Assembly: GCA_011109175.1 (NCBI GenBank)
Contig: RDEW01000010.1
Location: forward strand, 1,309,238 to 1,373,237
Length of the DNA stretch: 64,000 nucleotides
From: Dicyema japonicum
Lineage: Eukaryota; Animalia; Dicyemida
Direction: 5' to 3'
Under the pieces are notes generated by a model. That model did not search any database. It had not been told where the DNA came from and saw only the letters and a program-made list of their open reading frames with translations. The translations under genes were made by a program, and so were the position numbers. Shown piece by piece: positions 25,092-37,329 of the stretch (position 1 is the first letter of the stretch; the number at the start of each line of letters is the position of its first letter).

Positions 25092-28000
25092 AGTAAAGTT
25101 ATTAACTTTTATTTTTTATAATTTTCGATGTGTTCACCTTTACGTGGAGAAAATTGGATACCAGTATCAATCTGGCAACTAAAAGAACCACAATTATTCC
25201 CCTGTCAACCTTTTCAACGACCTCTGGGAAGTCGGACTGGATGATGGTTGCTATTGAGCGGGCGCGTAGCTTTCGCTCCCAAAGATCGGATTGGCTACTC
25301 CTAATCCTTGCTGGGGACATCAAACAGAACCCCGGAACCCAAAAGAACGGGAAAATCCTCAATATCATGCAATTCAACATAAACGGCCTCACACACAAAT
25401 CAAATGAACTTTTTGCATTTCTAACTTCCCACAAAATAGATATTGCCATGCTACAGGAAACGAAACTATCAAGAAAGTCAACGCTTCCACACTACAAAGA
25501 CTACTCAATCGTCCGCCATGGTCGACCAAATTCAAACAGAGGAGGCGGTGTTCTCATACACAAATCTATTCCATTTTCCGATACTTTCGCTCAGACACAA
25601 GCTCTGTTTGAAGATGACGATCACATCGAACTTACTTCCGTCTTGGTGAAAATAAACCACACAAGGTATACATTTGTAAATATCTACATCCCGCCACCAA
25701 GTCCCAGTATGAAACATTACTCCCAAAACTAACCGAATTGCAAAAGATTGAAAATGTGATAATCTGCGGACACCTAAATGCAAAAGATCCTATCTGGCTA
25801 ATCGGCCAAAAGATTAATGGAAGGGGGCTTCAGGTCCTCTCTCAACTAGAACAATTAGTTATCCTCAATGACAGGAAATCACACACTCGAACAGCTTTTA
25901 GACCTGAAGACTCTAATACATCACCTGACTTCACACTATGTTCTCCATCACTATCTTCGACGATATCTTGGAGAATTGTATATGACCTACACTTGGACCA
26001 TAATCCAATTCAACTGTCAATCGAACTACTCTCGCCTATTGTTAGGCATCGGAAAACTATAACGAATTACAAGCGTGCAAAATGGGATTCATTCAGAAAA
26101 GAAACAGAAAAATTTCTATCCGACTTTTCCGTTGAGAATTTCAAATCGCTTGACGCCGCAATGAAATTTTTTAATGAGGTCATCCTCAGTGCCGACAAGA
26201 AGTACATTCCAAGAGTACTCATTGCAGAATATAATCCCAATTTCACTATGGAAATTATCGAAAAGATTTACAAGACGGCGACTCAAAAAATCAAGAATTT
26301 ATACGGCCGAACTATCCAACCTTAATAGCGATATTACAGAATTAATCAACAAGAGGAAATTGGACCGTTGGAACAATTTCATCACAAAAATTAACCACCG
26401 AACAAAACTAAAAGATTTTTGGGGCACTTTACGTGGAATTCAGTCGAAACAAAATAGAATGGAGACAACCCAGGCCACCAGTATTGACAAGAATCAAACA
26501 CCACGTGATTTCACTCATCAGGCAAATGTCATGATGGACCACTACTCAAAAGTGAGTCACATAGATATGAACAAATACTCTCGTCCATGCAAATTGAAAA
26601 ACGTTCAAACTCCTCAAAGAAAAACCAATTGAAATTAGTACGTTGGATGTCGTAAAACTAATCAAAAACGCCAAAAACTCTCCTTCCAAAGGGCTTGATG
26701 GAATCTGCATTTAAAGCACCTGGGAATGCAAGGACTTAAATCAATAACAGACATAATTTCTGTGTCCATCTGCAGAATTCCTGCACTATGGAAAAATCCA
26801 AAATAATCCCAATCCTGAAACCCAAGAAAGATCCTTCGGATCCGGGATCTTTCAGACCAATTTCACTACTATCTGTAGGATCGAAAATTGTCGAATGTGT
26901 TGTACTGAAACTAATATCGAAGTATCTTTTCTTCCCTGATTTTCAACATGGCTTTCGTCCACAATACTCAACATTAACACATCTCTCTACCTTAACTCAA
27001 TATCGCTGATGGTTTTAACAATTATAATCCTTCAAAACGGACTATCCTTGCATCGATCGACCTAACCAAGGCGTTCGATCGAACATCAAGGCGCGTGATA
27101 AACAACAAAATTCTTGTATCTGGAATTTCTCCACGTCTTCAGAATTGGTTAACAAATTTCCTCTCTGGAAGAATTGGTCGAGCTGAAATTATGTCATGTC
27201 TATCTTATTACAGACTCCTTCCAAATGGAGTTCCCCAAGGCTCCGTTTTATCACCCACCTTATTCAACTTACACCTAAGCGACATTCCAATCAATTCCAA
27301 GACACTTCTCCTATTGTATGTGGATGACATGATTGTTGCCTCTAAAGACATAGTCGTCAACGAAGCAACGAAGGATGTTCAGATCCACTTGAACACTCTT
27401 AAAGAGTGGCATGGAGCTAACCACCTATCCCTCTCTCCATCGAAATCCACCGTCACTGTATTCACGTCCAACCGTCGCCAACTAAATTTTCAACCTATTT
27501 TAACAATCCATGGACAACCACTCACCTTTACGAAACATCCCAAAATACTTGGAGTTATTTATGACCAACTACTAACCTTTTCTAAACATGTGGAGGAACA
27601 ATGTACAAAGGCCTTTCAAAAGATTAACATACTTAAAGCTGTGTCAGTCCATTCCTTTGGTCAAAGCAAAAAAGCCCTAACCATCATAAACAATTTATTC
27701 GAACAACTATTAACTATGCAAGCCCTTGCTGGTCGACCTCTGCCTCTCTTACTTCTATTGACAAACTACAAAAAGTACAAAACATCGCGCTCAGGATAAT
27801 TACTGGATGTCTCAGATAAACTCCTGTCGATCATCTACATTGGGAGTCAAAGATCCTTCCAATTGGAGACCATCTGGAAATGAGAGCCCAGCAGTTCCTC
27901 TCTCAAGCCTACAATCTAGAACATCCCTGCCAATCCCTATGCAAGCAGCAAAACAAAAGGAAAATTATTATGACAACCAGTGATTTGTCTCGAATGTTAT

Positions 28001-28404
28001 CATCCATTCCTTCCATCCCCAATGACAGGAGTCGTCTGAAACAGATACACGATTTTGTTTCTACGAGAAGCATCCGAAGACTCGGAGACAATAAAATACT
28101 ACAGCGACCCCCTCCTCCAATAGACCAATCAGAATATTCTTTTTCAAGGGACGTGCGAGTAAACCTGCCTCGTCTACGATGTGGGCACCACCCATATCTA
28201 CCAACATATGATGTACTCTGCCCCTTTTGCAACTTCCATGTGCTGACAACAAATCATCTATTTCAATGTCATGAATTGGCACAACACTTCTCCACAATGC
28301 CGGAACTGACCGATCTATGGGAGCGACCAACATCTGCTGCGTCCTACTTAATAGCTGCTGGCCTCCTACAAGTTAGTGAGACTGGGGTTACTTAACTAAC
28401 TAAC
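25092..28404 (+). mobile_element. full-length Vingi/Ingi-like LINE (2A-like peptide, APE, RT, C-terminal CCHC region), frameshifted
   Basis: QFNINGL, LQET, GHLNA and LDHNP (APE); GVPQGSVLSPTLF and YVDD (RT); RLRCGH..CPFC..HLFQC..DLWERP; 13-bp TSD ttttattgtattg at 25079-25091 and 28405-28417; (CTAA)n tail. Confidence 0.9.
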
Positions 28405-28469
28405 TTTTATTGTATTGTTGGTTGAGGTTGTGACGTCCCTCTTCTGTACTATGTCTAATGCACACACTA

Positions 28470-28960
28470 GAAAACTCGTGCTAATAACATTCAATGTGAG
28501 AGGGATTGCAACCTCACTAATAATAGATAAAACTTGAGTAAGTAGTAACTTTAAAATATAACTCAATGTGTTTCATGTTGCTAGTAACATTAGAATAGTT
28601 CATTTTAGTAAAGGCATAATGATTTTGGTCTAAGAAATTGTGTATTTACTAGCAAATAATAATAGTGGATAAATCATCCCTTAGAGTATTATTACGACTA
28701 CTGAAATGAACATGGTAGAACAAAGAATGGATAAGATTCTCTTAAAATGGAGAATTCTCAAGACAAACCGTAGGAAGAAGTTAATCATTGAAACCACTGA
28801 ATTAGCTGATAACTCTTATCTTCTTTTTGTGGTTCTCGTGGTTAATAGATAACAAATCAAAGTTAGGATTACATTGATAAATCCCCAAAGTAAAGGAATT
28901 AATAAATTATTCCAAAGATCAAAGGAAAAACCATACTAATTCCTTTATCCTGACCCCTTG
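28470..28960 (+). mobile_element. degenerate LINE endonuclease relic
   Basis: LITFNVRGI start motif; otherwise decayed. Confidence 0.35.
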
Positions 28961-29329
28961 CAATAGAACCCTCACCCAAGCATAGTAATCCAGAGGACGT
29001 TGTCCATGAAGATGATGTCGTTTCCAGAACTCGTCGCCAAAGAGTGAAATTGTCTCCCGGTGGAGTTAATCTGCCGATCAGACAATAGGCGCCCCCGAGT
29101 AAGGTAGATCTAACGACAGCACCAGAGAGAAGGAAGAAAAACTTTAATCAATTAGCCACATGGCAATGGTCAATTTAACATAATTCTAAGGAATGTTTTA
29201 TAACTATGTAACCAGTTTATTTTACAAAAGTAATGTTAATAATTTAGTTAGAAATATTTCCTTTTTTTAGCAAAGACGTCTTTTCTACGAGCAATTTAGT
29301 ATTTGGGGTTCTCCAACACACTCTAGATC

Positions 29330-29710
29330 ATCCACAAATTTCGGTTCTGAGCAGACCAAATTACTTGTTCCGTCGTCCTGAGAGTCTTTGTTATCTATTC
29401 TCGTTTCCTTGTTTAGCTCCTTAGTTCTCTCACAAAACCCGTTTTATTCCTGTATGAAACAATCATCGACTCTAAAGTTTTACGTATAACCAATGATTGA
29501 ATATACGTATAGGTTCTTTCGCTTATGTTCAGAGATCTGGAATGTTCCCACGAGTGTTACCAATCCATCCCAGGTCAGTACTATTGAGACAATCCTCACT
29601 TTCGCATGGTGTATTGATTCCAGTTCTTTCGATAAAAAATCATACTTTCTCAATTTTTCGAATTCTACTTGTTGGAGATTTTGGGTTGATGTAATACCCA
29701 CTTCAAATGT
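29330..29710 (-). mobile_element. R4/NeSL-like LINE restriction-like endonuclease 3' fragment
   Basis: EVGITSTQNLQQVEFEKLRKYDFL...IVLTWDGLVT...YIQSLVIRKTLES. Confidence 0.65.
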
Positions 29711-29779
29711 TTTATTTATTATTAATTCAATGTATATATTAAACTTTGAATGTCGTTTTTTATCTTTGTACTTAAAATA

Positions 29780-30840
29780 GTAAATAAACATAAAATGGAA
29801 TACTCTGATTGCCTCAAAAGATGTACTGAATTCGTACTTAACGTTTCTCTTGACACCCCTGGATGGATACAGACTCAATTACCGATATCATTGGGTGGAA
29901 TCGGTCTTACTACTCCCTGCCAAATTGCTGGCCCGGCGTATTTTGCCTCAAAACTTTCATGCAAAAACCAAGTGGACTCAATTCTTTCAAAGCTTCCATC
30001 TCGGAAACTGTCCAATGACTTGGTTGAATACATGGACGTGTGGCGAAGTGAAGGGCTTAGCGAGCCGCGTAACCCAGACCAACAATCGTCTTGGATGATC
30101 CATAGATGGAATGCTCTGGCATCCAACCTAGTCAGCCGGCTCTCTGGACATCGCCTGGATTGTTTCCAAAATTCGAGGGAGGCGGTTGATGGATCTTGGC
30201 TTGGGGTTTACCCATGTCAAGAAGTTGGTGGATTGTTGGATGATGACTCACTTCGTACAGCTGTATGTCTACACCTCGGATTGCCTGTTTGCACCAAATC
30301 GAAGTGCAAATGTGGCTGTCTATCGGACGAACTGGGTCTCCACCTCCTCTCATGCCGGAGCGGAATTGGCAGATCTTCTCGACATTCGGCAATGAACGAC
30401 ATCATTAAGAGGGCATTAGAATCGGCTGGATTCCGTTGCCGGATCGAACCGACTGGTCTATTTGACAACGGAAGACGCCCTGACGGCATGACCTCCTTTC
30501 CTTTTGAGCGAGGGCGAAACCTTGTATGGGATGTGACCTGTGTCTGCTCTTTCGCCCCAAGCAAAAAAAATAATTCACCAGGCAGACCTTCTTCTCAAGC
30601 AGAGGAAGTAAAAAACGCTAAATATTCGGATATCAGCGACAGGTACATTTTCGCACCTGTCGCGATTGAAACTTCGGGGAACTTTGGCCCTAAAACGCTG
30701 AAGTTCCTGAACCATTTGGGAAAATTACTCACTGACAAAACTGGTGATCTTCGTGAGACGAGATGGCTCAAGGAGAAGCTCTCGTTGGCTGTTGTCCGTG
30801 GGAATAGCTTGTGCATCTCCCAACAGCTGAATTAACTATT
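29780..30840 (+). mobile_element. CRE-clade LINE 3' 1 kb, frame still open
   Basis: QLPISLGGIGL, GLHLLSCRSG.GR..RH, GRRPDGMTSFPF, WDVTC and LAVVRGNS in ORF 29750-30835. Confidence 0.9.
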
Positions 30841-30959
30841 CTTTTTCCTTTTCCTTATAATAATAATGAGTTAAAAATAAAAAAAATAAACATAAAATTG
30901 AAGATCTAAATATAAACGAAATATCAACAAACGACAAATAATAAAGATTTATTAAACTT

Positions 30960-31200
30960 CCAAAGTGTTACTACTAAGCAGCCCTTGTCAGTCCATCCTT
31001 GTAGGATAGGAGCAGTGTAACTCTTTTCTTTAAAATATATCCAGTTTGGTGAGTTATATTCAACCAACCACAAAGCACTTTTTTCCTTTTTTTAACCCCA
31101 CCAGACTCGTCCTCTCCTTTGTCGGTCTGGGATCACTTAGTTAGTTGAGAACTTTTTATTTCTTTCTCTTTGATAGTGATCCTGAAGGTAATAATAATAC
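30960..31200 (+). mobile_element. Vingi-like LINE 3' end with hairpin and (TAA)n tail
   Basis: ...GIT* ORF end, inverted repeat 31128-31137/31175-31184, TAA repeats. Confidence 0.65.
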
Positions 31201-32659
31201 TAAGCAGCCATCCTGATTGCAAAAGCTTTCCCCTACGATTTCCATAGAAATGCCCTCAATCAACCATCCCTCTTCTCAGCTGTCTCTCTTTTTGCTACCA
31301 ACGATCTGTGAAAATAGTGAACTATCCTTTTACAAGATTAAATGTCTGTGAACTAAAACTGCGACTATGTGATAAATTGTTAACTAATGAGTCAATTGTC
31401 TAGTAATGACTGTTGATGATATCACTTCGTTGTATTCTGCAACCATCAGTCCCAATGATAGTCCTGATAATACTATTTTTACTATTTCCATAAATTTCTT
31501 GCATTCTCGTCCTGCCTTCCTTTGGATTATTTATAGTAGAGTCTTCTAAACCAAACATTCTAATCAACAAAATTTACCTTATTCCTAAAACATTTTATAG
31601 CATTTTTCCAATGCAAGCTTTTCTCCCTCAATGAACTCTTTAATGGACTCAAACTCACCAGCAACCTTCATTGATTCTGTAAACTACTACATTTTTATAT
31701 TTAGTGGGAAAGCCTGAGGAATTGTAAATATGGTTAATATTACCTCAAAAACATAAATTTTTGTTAGCCCAATTAATAAAATATTTCCTACAAAACTAAA
31801 TTTGTGGAAATTGGTTATCTCTATTTGTGACCACAACACTGCAGATATTAACAATAATCATTAAATATGTACTTTATCATTTGGTTATCAATTAACAGTT
31901 CACACCAATCTATCTTATGATATACATGGCCCTCATCACCTCTACTTAGTATTTGATACTTATCTACACCCCACTTAGGAGTAGCAAACTGAAAGCGTAA
32001 GAGGAATACATTCACTATACACACCAAGGTCTATTCAACCAGTCTGACAGTTAACCAACCAAAACCGCTATAAAGTAGATTGGTCTTCTGGTTGATGCAC
32101 TCACCACTGAGGTCACCAATCAATCACACGTGACCTATATTACCAAATAAACCAAATTATATAACATTAAACAAAAGACATGTTCAATAATAAATTTAAA
32201 GGTTAACGTGTGAGGGTAACGAATTCTTTGTTCTATTTTTTTAATGCCATGTTTTTTAGGGCTTCAGACAAACTAGATGAGTAAACCGGACTGTTGTTGT
32301 GGACTCCTTCCACGTGGAGAATATTGGAATAACGGAATAAGTCATCGGTTGAGTCTTTTCCCTTTATAAATCAGAGAGGCTTTCTATTGCTTGAAATGAA
32401 ATGATACTTCAATGATTCCAATTTGATCGCTCTAACAATTCCCGAGATTTGATCATCACCAGCACCTGTAGAGCCACCAAACCTATATATCATATATAGT
32501 TCCCTCAATTCCTTCTCCTCTTCCGTTCATTCAAGTAAATTGAATATTTACCAACATAATGGTGATGTTATATCGTATCAATTAATTTGGTTCGCCAATA
32601 AAAAATAATATTATAATTTTAATAATACATTTTAATATTATAAAAATAATTTTTATCTA

Positions 32660-33320
32660 ATTCAATATTTATTCAAGTAGATCCCTGCTTGGTGATAAAG
32701 AAGACATCATTGCACGGAAGATTAAAGCAAATACGGCCTTATACAACTTGAGAAGAAATTGGTTTCTAAGAAAGAAGGGCTTGAATCGAGAGATCAGAAC
32801 TCGACTATACAATTCGTTAGTCAAACCAATACTCCTATATAATGCAAGTTCTTGGTCATTAACCCTAAATGACATTGAAAAACTAAACTCCTTCCATCGG
32901 GGACAACTACGGAAGATTCATTCGTGCTGGGACCGTATGAGAACAAAAAGTCAAGAACTATACTCTATTACGTCTTCTAAACCGATTTCACTAGACATCA
33001 TGGAATTTCGTTGGAGTTTATTTGGACACATCCTACGGGGAAATATCGAAACTCCAACTAATATTGCCATGGAGGAATACTTTCAAACCGAGGAGGTGAA
33101 TTTCCGAGGACGTCCGAGAGCATCACTGGCCACGACACTGAATGAAGACCTGAAAAGAATAGGATTATCTCTAACTACGGGAGATGACCTGGATTACTCG
33201 AGGGATTTGGCTCAGGATCGTGGAAGTGGAGAAAATTAACTAAAAAATTAATGTTTGGTACTGCACTGGTTTTGTCATTTCCAATGGCAAGACGTTGTGC
33301 TTTATAATAATAATAATAAT
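32660..33320 (+). mobile_element. RTE-like LINE 3' fragment with (TAA)n tail
   Basis: RTRLYNSLVKPILLYNASSW, RWSLFGHILR and RGRPRASL; TAA x5 tail. Confidence 0.85.
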
Positions 33321-33515
33321 TCAAGTAAATTTTTATGTCAAAAATAAATTAACGTCAGTTTGCCAGGTTTCTACATATTAGCGAAACTTGGTTAATAATT
33401 TAATTTAACGCCAGTTTTTATTAAATCGAGTTAATTTTGTCAATTTTTAAATATTTTCAATAATTTTAATAGTTGACCTTGTTTAAATTGATTTTCAAAT
33501 GCCCGATGTTAATTT

Positions 33516-33755
33516 ATACGGACGAAACCTGATCTGGGACGCGACATGTGTCGATACTTATTCCCCGTCTAATTTGGTTGCTTCTGCTTCAGACCCAGGA
33601 CATGCTTCAAAGCAGGCCGAGGAACGAAAGAGGAGGAAGTACCAGAGAATTTCGGAGGAGTATCTTTTTGTTCCATTCGCGGTGGAAACGTCAGGAATCC
33701 TTGGCCCCCGATGAGTTGGTTCGTAAGATCGCCATTCAGATGCCTTAATTTAATT
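33516..33755 (+). mobile_element. CRE 3' fragment, near-identical to 16187-16525 with an internal deletion
   Basis: direct nucleotide identity. Confidence 0.9.
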
Positions 33756-33819
33756 TTTATATTTATGACTTATTTTATGTAATTTAATTTTGTGATTAAT
33801 TTTTTAAAAGTTTTTATAC

Positions 33820-34150
33820 ACCACGCAGAGGTCAAGATTGTCCCGATTGTAATCAGTTGGGATGGACATTCGTGGAAGTATGCCAGATCTTTGAATATAA
33901 GTGAAAGAACGTATGCGTATGTTTCAATCGCTGGTAATCAAGAATACTTTGGAGAGTATGATTGTATCATAAAGGAATCAAGTCGAAGTTTCGCGGTGCT
34001 ATGATCAACTTAATGATGGGATAAAGGATATTCACTTTCGGTCTGATTAGAAAGAAATCCAAGAGAAGAGTGTGAGCGAAGTGATGACAATATATATTGA
34101 GGAAAAGGAATGTAGTTGCTCGAAAAGGAAACGAATTGGATAGACAACAT
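33820..34150 (+). mobile_element. second R4/NeSL-like RLE LINE 3' fragment
   Basis: EVKIVPIVISWDG...ERTYAY..SLVIKNTLES, homologous to 29330-29710. Confidence 0.6.
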
Positions 34151-34289
34151 TTTAATTAGAATTAACTTTTAAGAAAAAGGGAATAATTGTTTTATTTTTA
34201 AAAAGTTAATTAAATTTTGCGGTTTTTCTTCAAAGCCTTTATTTGATAATAAATATATTCAGAAATTTAATTGCTGTCATGATTGCAAG

Positions 34290-36350
34290 CGAGATTCTCT
34301 CAAATAACCAGCAGCGCTCACGGGGGTCTCCTGATCGTGTATAAATCCGATTCCCTAGACGACTCAAGAATTCCAGAGTCGCAGGCGCAATGAACCAGAC
34401 GTCTCAACGGCGATCGGAACGAACAAAAAATCATTGAGTAGGATCGTGTACTTTGCAAGTTTCAACCTCTCGGCCTCTTCAGTGGCAGAACAGGCTCAAG
34501 AGGCACTCTGGAGTAGGTCGCAAGGGCAAATGTGTTGGTGCAGGTGACGTTCCAGGCGGTTTCAAGAAGGAAGATTGTCATCCCATCTGGTCTTTTTCCG
34601 TCACACCTGCAAAGACCAACTAGTTCAAGCATCGAAGAGTATCCGGCAGCATCCAAAGCTCACCTAACGACTTTGTTCAAGGGCATGTGTCTGCACTTTC
34701 CCTTAAGGAGAAAGGGTGTAGACCAAAACAGTAGACCTGGTCTCCGCATTGGCAAGGATGTGGAAAAAAGACTTTTAATCCCAATACGGAGGTATTTAAC
34801 ATCAAGTAAGGTACCCAAAACACGATTGGGAATGGCGTTGAGCTAGGCACCGCTCTCGGAAGACGCCCCCGACAACAAACAGGCACGTCGATGTTGGCTA
34901 GATGACATTAGTAAATCTTCAAAAGAATTCCAGCATATAGCATCGTCCAGGCCCCGCTGAGAGAACGCGGAAGACTGGGAAAGCCGATAAGTAAGGCTCC
35001 AGGCCTCACGAGGCTAATCGGTGTTTTGGTCAATAGAGAATTTAGGGAGGGAATGTAGAATCCTCTTGACAAGCCTGCTACAAGCCATTAGCGAAAGTTT
35101 GGTGATTTTCTCTATTGCAAGACAAAACAAAAGAATCCAAAAGGATCTTCCTGTTGCAAGTCGGAATACGAAGGAATTAAGTAGTTCCCGAAAAGTAAGG
35201 ATAAAGGTAGACTGTATGACTGATTCACAAATTCGAAAATGTTAGGCATCTCTCAATACACGCCTCCAGGGTATTGTCTCTCCTTAGACAATTGAAGGCG
35301 TTCTTGATGTCCAGTTTTACCAGGACATGCCTCCGGGAATCTTTTATACTGCGGTTTAGGAGTGTCCTCACTGAATGGACAGCGGTCTCGCATCCCAGGT
35401 GAGCTCAAGAATTTTGTGACGAGTGAAATAGAATGTCTGGAGGAAATTTTAGCAGCCAGTCTTCTGAAGACAAACCCGACCTCAACAGGTAGTACTCTGC
35501 CGCCTTTTTTATTGAAGGCTATCAAATTGGCGGATATCTACGGGAAGTAATCCAAACAGGATCCGGTTCATAAGTGAAGTTCGTAAGACGAAGTCCCTGG
35601 TCGCCTACGGATAAAGAGGTTAGATTTTTCAGATAGCCAGGTCTCATTCCATCGAGCCCGTCACTGCTAATAATAATAACAGCCTATTTCACGGAGCCAT
35701 GGTATTAGCTTCGCATAGGCAGGACACACACTTTATTTAAGTAAAGAACAGTTAATTTTAACTAATCGTAGAACCAAGGAATGATCTTCATTTTTTTTTT
35801 CTTTTTCTTGTGTGTGGGTCCTTTTCTAGACAATCCAGTTCCGCAGTGAGAGTTCACTGATGACGGCGTCACTCGTAAAGCCTTTTCAGCATCGTAGATG
35901 CGTGGAACCTTCCACCAGGTGAACAGCAGCGAGATTTGAACCCGTAACCTAAGTCACTTTAGCCCGACACCTAACCACTATCCCACCCGGCTGCTACTAG
36001 GGCCAAAATTCCGTATTGCGAGGAGAACTTCATCGTTCGATGCAGTCAGGGGACTCCCTCCGAATGGGGGAGCGACTAGACGTAGGTTGTGGGGTGGCAG
36101 AGGATTCTTGTTCAATAAAATATTGTAGGTGTCGGTCCACTTAAGGAAAGCGCCTTGATGGCTGCGCGTACCATCTTCGATTAACTTCGACCGAACAGTT
36201 CTTTTGAGACGGAGCAATTCGACTTCCTCGTTCAAACTACGTGTCTCCCGCGTACGGTTTGAAGGTGTGGGGCAACTGGGGATGTGGGTTCTTCCCATAA
36301 AAGAACAAATGTTAGTCTCCATGGTGGTAGAGAGAGACTCCTTTCTGTGA
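34290..36350 (-). mobile_element. CRE-clade LINE, decayed and interrupted by a SINE
   Basis: LKRTVRSKLIEDGTRS, VGFVFRRLAAKISSR and GKRPDGMTIF, homologous to the 52-55 kb element. Confidence 0.85.
35670..35990 (-). mobile_element. tRNA-derived SINE (about 321 bp) with (TTA)n tail and 6-bp TSD
   Basis: A box tgggatagtgg (35975-35985), B box ggttcaaatc (35933-35942), TSD ctgcta at 35664-35669 and 35991-35996; removing it restores the host CRE sequence. Confidence 0.85.
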
Positions 36351-36399
36351 CCGTCTCGATCAAGTCCCAGTGCGGTGCACCAATCCTATACTGCGTTAG

Positions 36400-37300
36400 T
36401 CCTATTGGTAGATGACAAAAATGATAGGGGAGAAACTGGAAGGGTAAGTGTTGTTGATAAGAAATTTGAAGTAAATTCTATAATTTAGACTGTTAGTAGT
36501 GGGTCTCTACCAATAAGCAGTTCATTTTAATTAATTAGAAAAGCCCTTTATGAGATTTATGAGCATCACTTTAAGTCCTACTATACATTTATTATATTTT
36601 TGGCATAAAACCTTAGACTGTATCTGCTCAACCGCTCTCCTGCAGTTTACTTATTCTATTATCCCTACAGTTTCCAAAACATTTTTTTGATTTTGAGAAT
36701 TATTCTGATACACGTTTTTGGTGCTAGGCAGTTATCGTTTATTATTTTTTATATCACTAATCACTGTTTGTGCAGATTTGTTATGAACTATTGTGTTTTC
36801 CAGCCTTTTACCTTATAATTTATTTGACTTTTAACATTTTAATTCCAATCTTATATTTATCGACTTGTTTGATCTGTTTGTTGTCTTTTTTTACATCTGG
36901 TCTTTTCTAACTCTTGATTTCCGCAGAAACAGTGGACAACCAGTAACTCATATTAATAATCAGCGTGTTCATTTGTAATTTCAAATTCGTTTTTATAAAA
37001 ATAAGGATAATATTTCTTTACTGTTGTACTTACTAATTTGGTGACAGTGTTTATCAAAGCAGTTTGCTTCATTGCGAGTTAACATCTCCCCACAAATTTC
37101 TTGCTTTAATGTTGTGTCAAATTTTACCAATCCTTTTCAGTAATCATCCTTGTTTTCTTATATACAATTGTCTTAAGAAGCGAGTAATTACCGATTTATG
37201 GTCACTGAATGTTTCAACATCATCTATAAATGTTATAAATGACCATGAAATAAATAATGAATAGAATTTGCTTAGCGTTCCTTGTAAGGTAAATCACATG
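36400..37300 (-). mobile_element. degenerate LINE (APE end and linker) relic
   Basis: FSDHKSV motif near 37190-37210; otherwise decayed. Confidence 0.35.
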
Positions 37301-37329
37301 ATCATTCTTGGGAATTAAAGAAATAACCA

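Noticed and set aside
28384-28440. Bulged hairpin after the full-length Vingi-like copy
   Set aside because: Its 3' arm lies beyond the TSD, outside the element
32230-32620. Possible small gene on the minus strand
   Set aside because: Short frame with no recognisable motif
35920-35994. Functional tRNA gene
   Set aside because: A and B boxes are present, but it heads a TSD-flanked 321-bp insertion and has no clean acceptor stem; it is a SINE head
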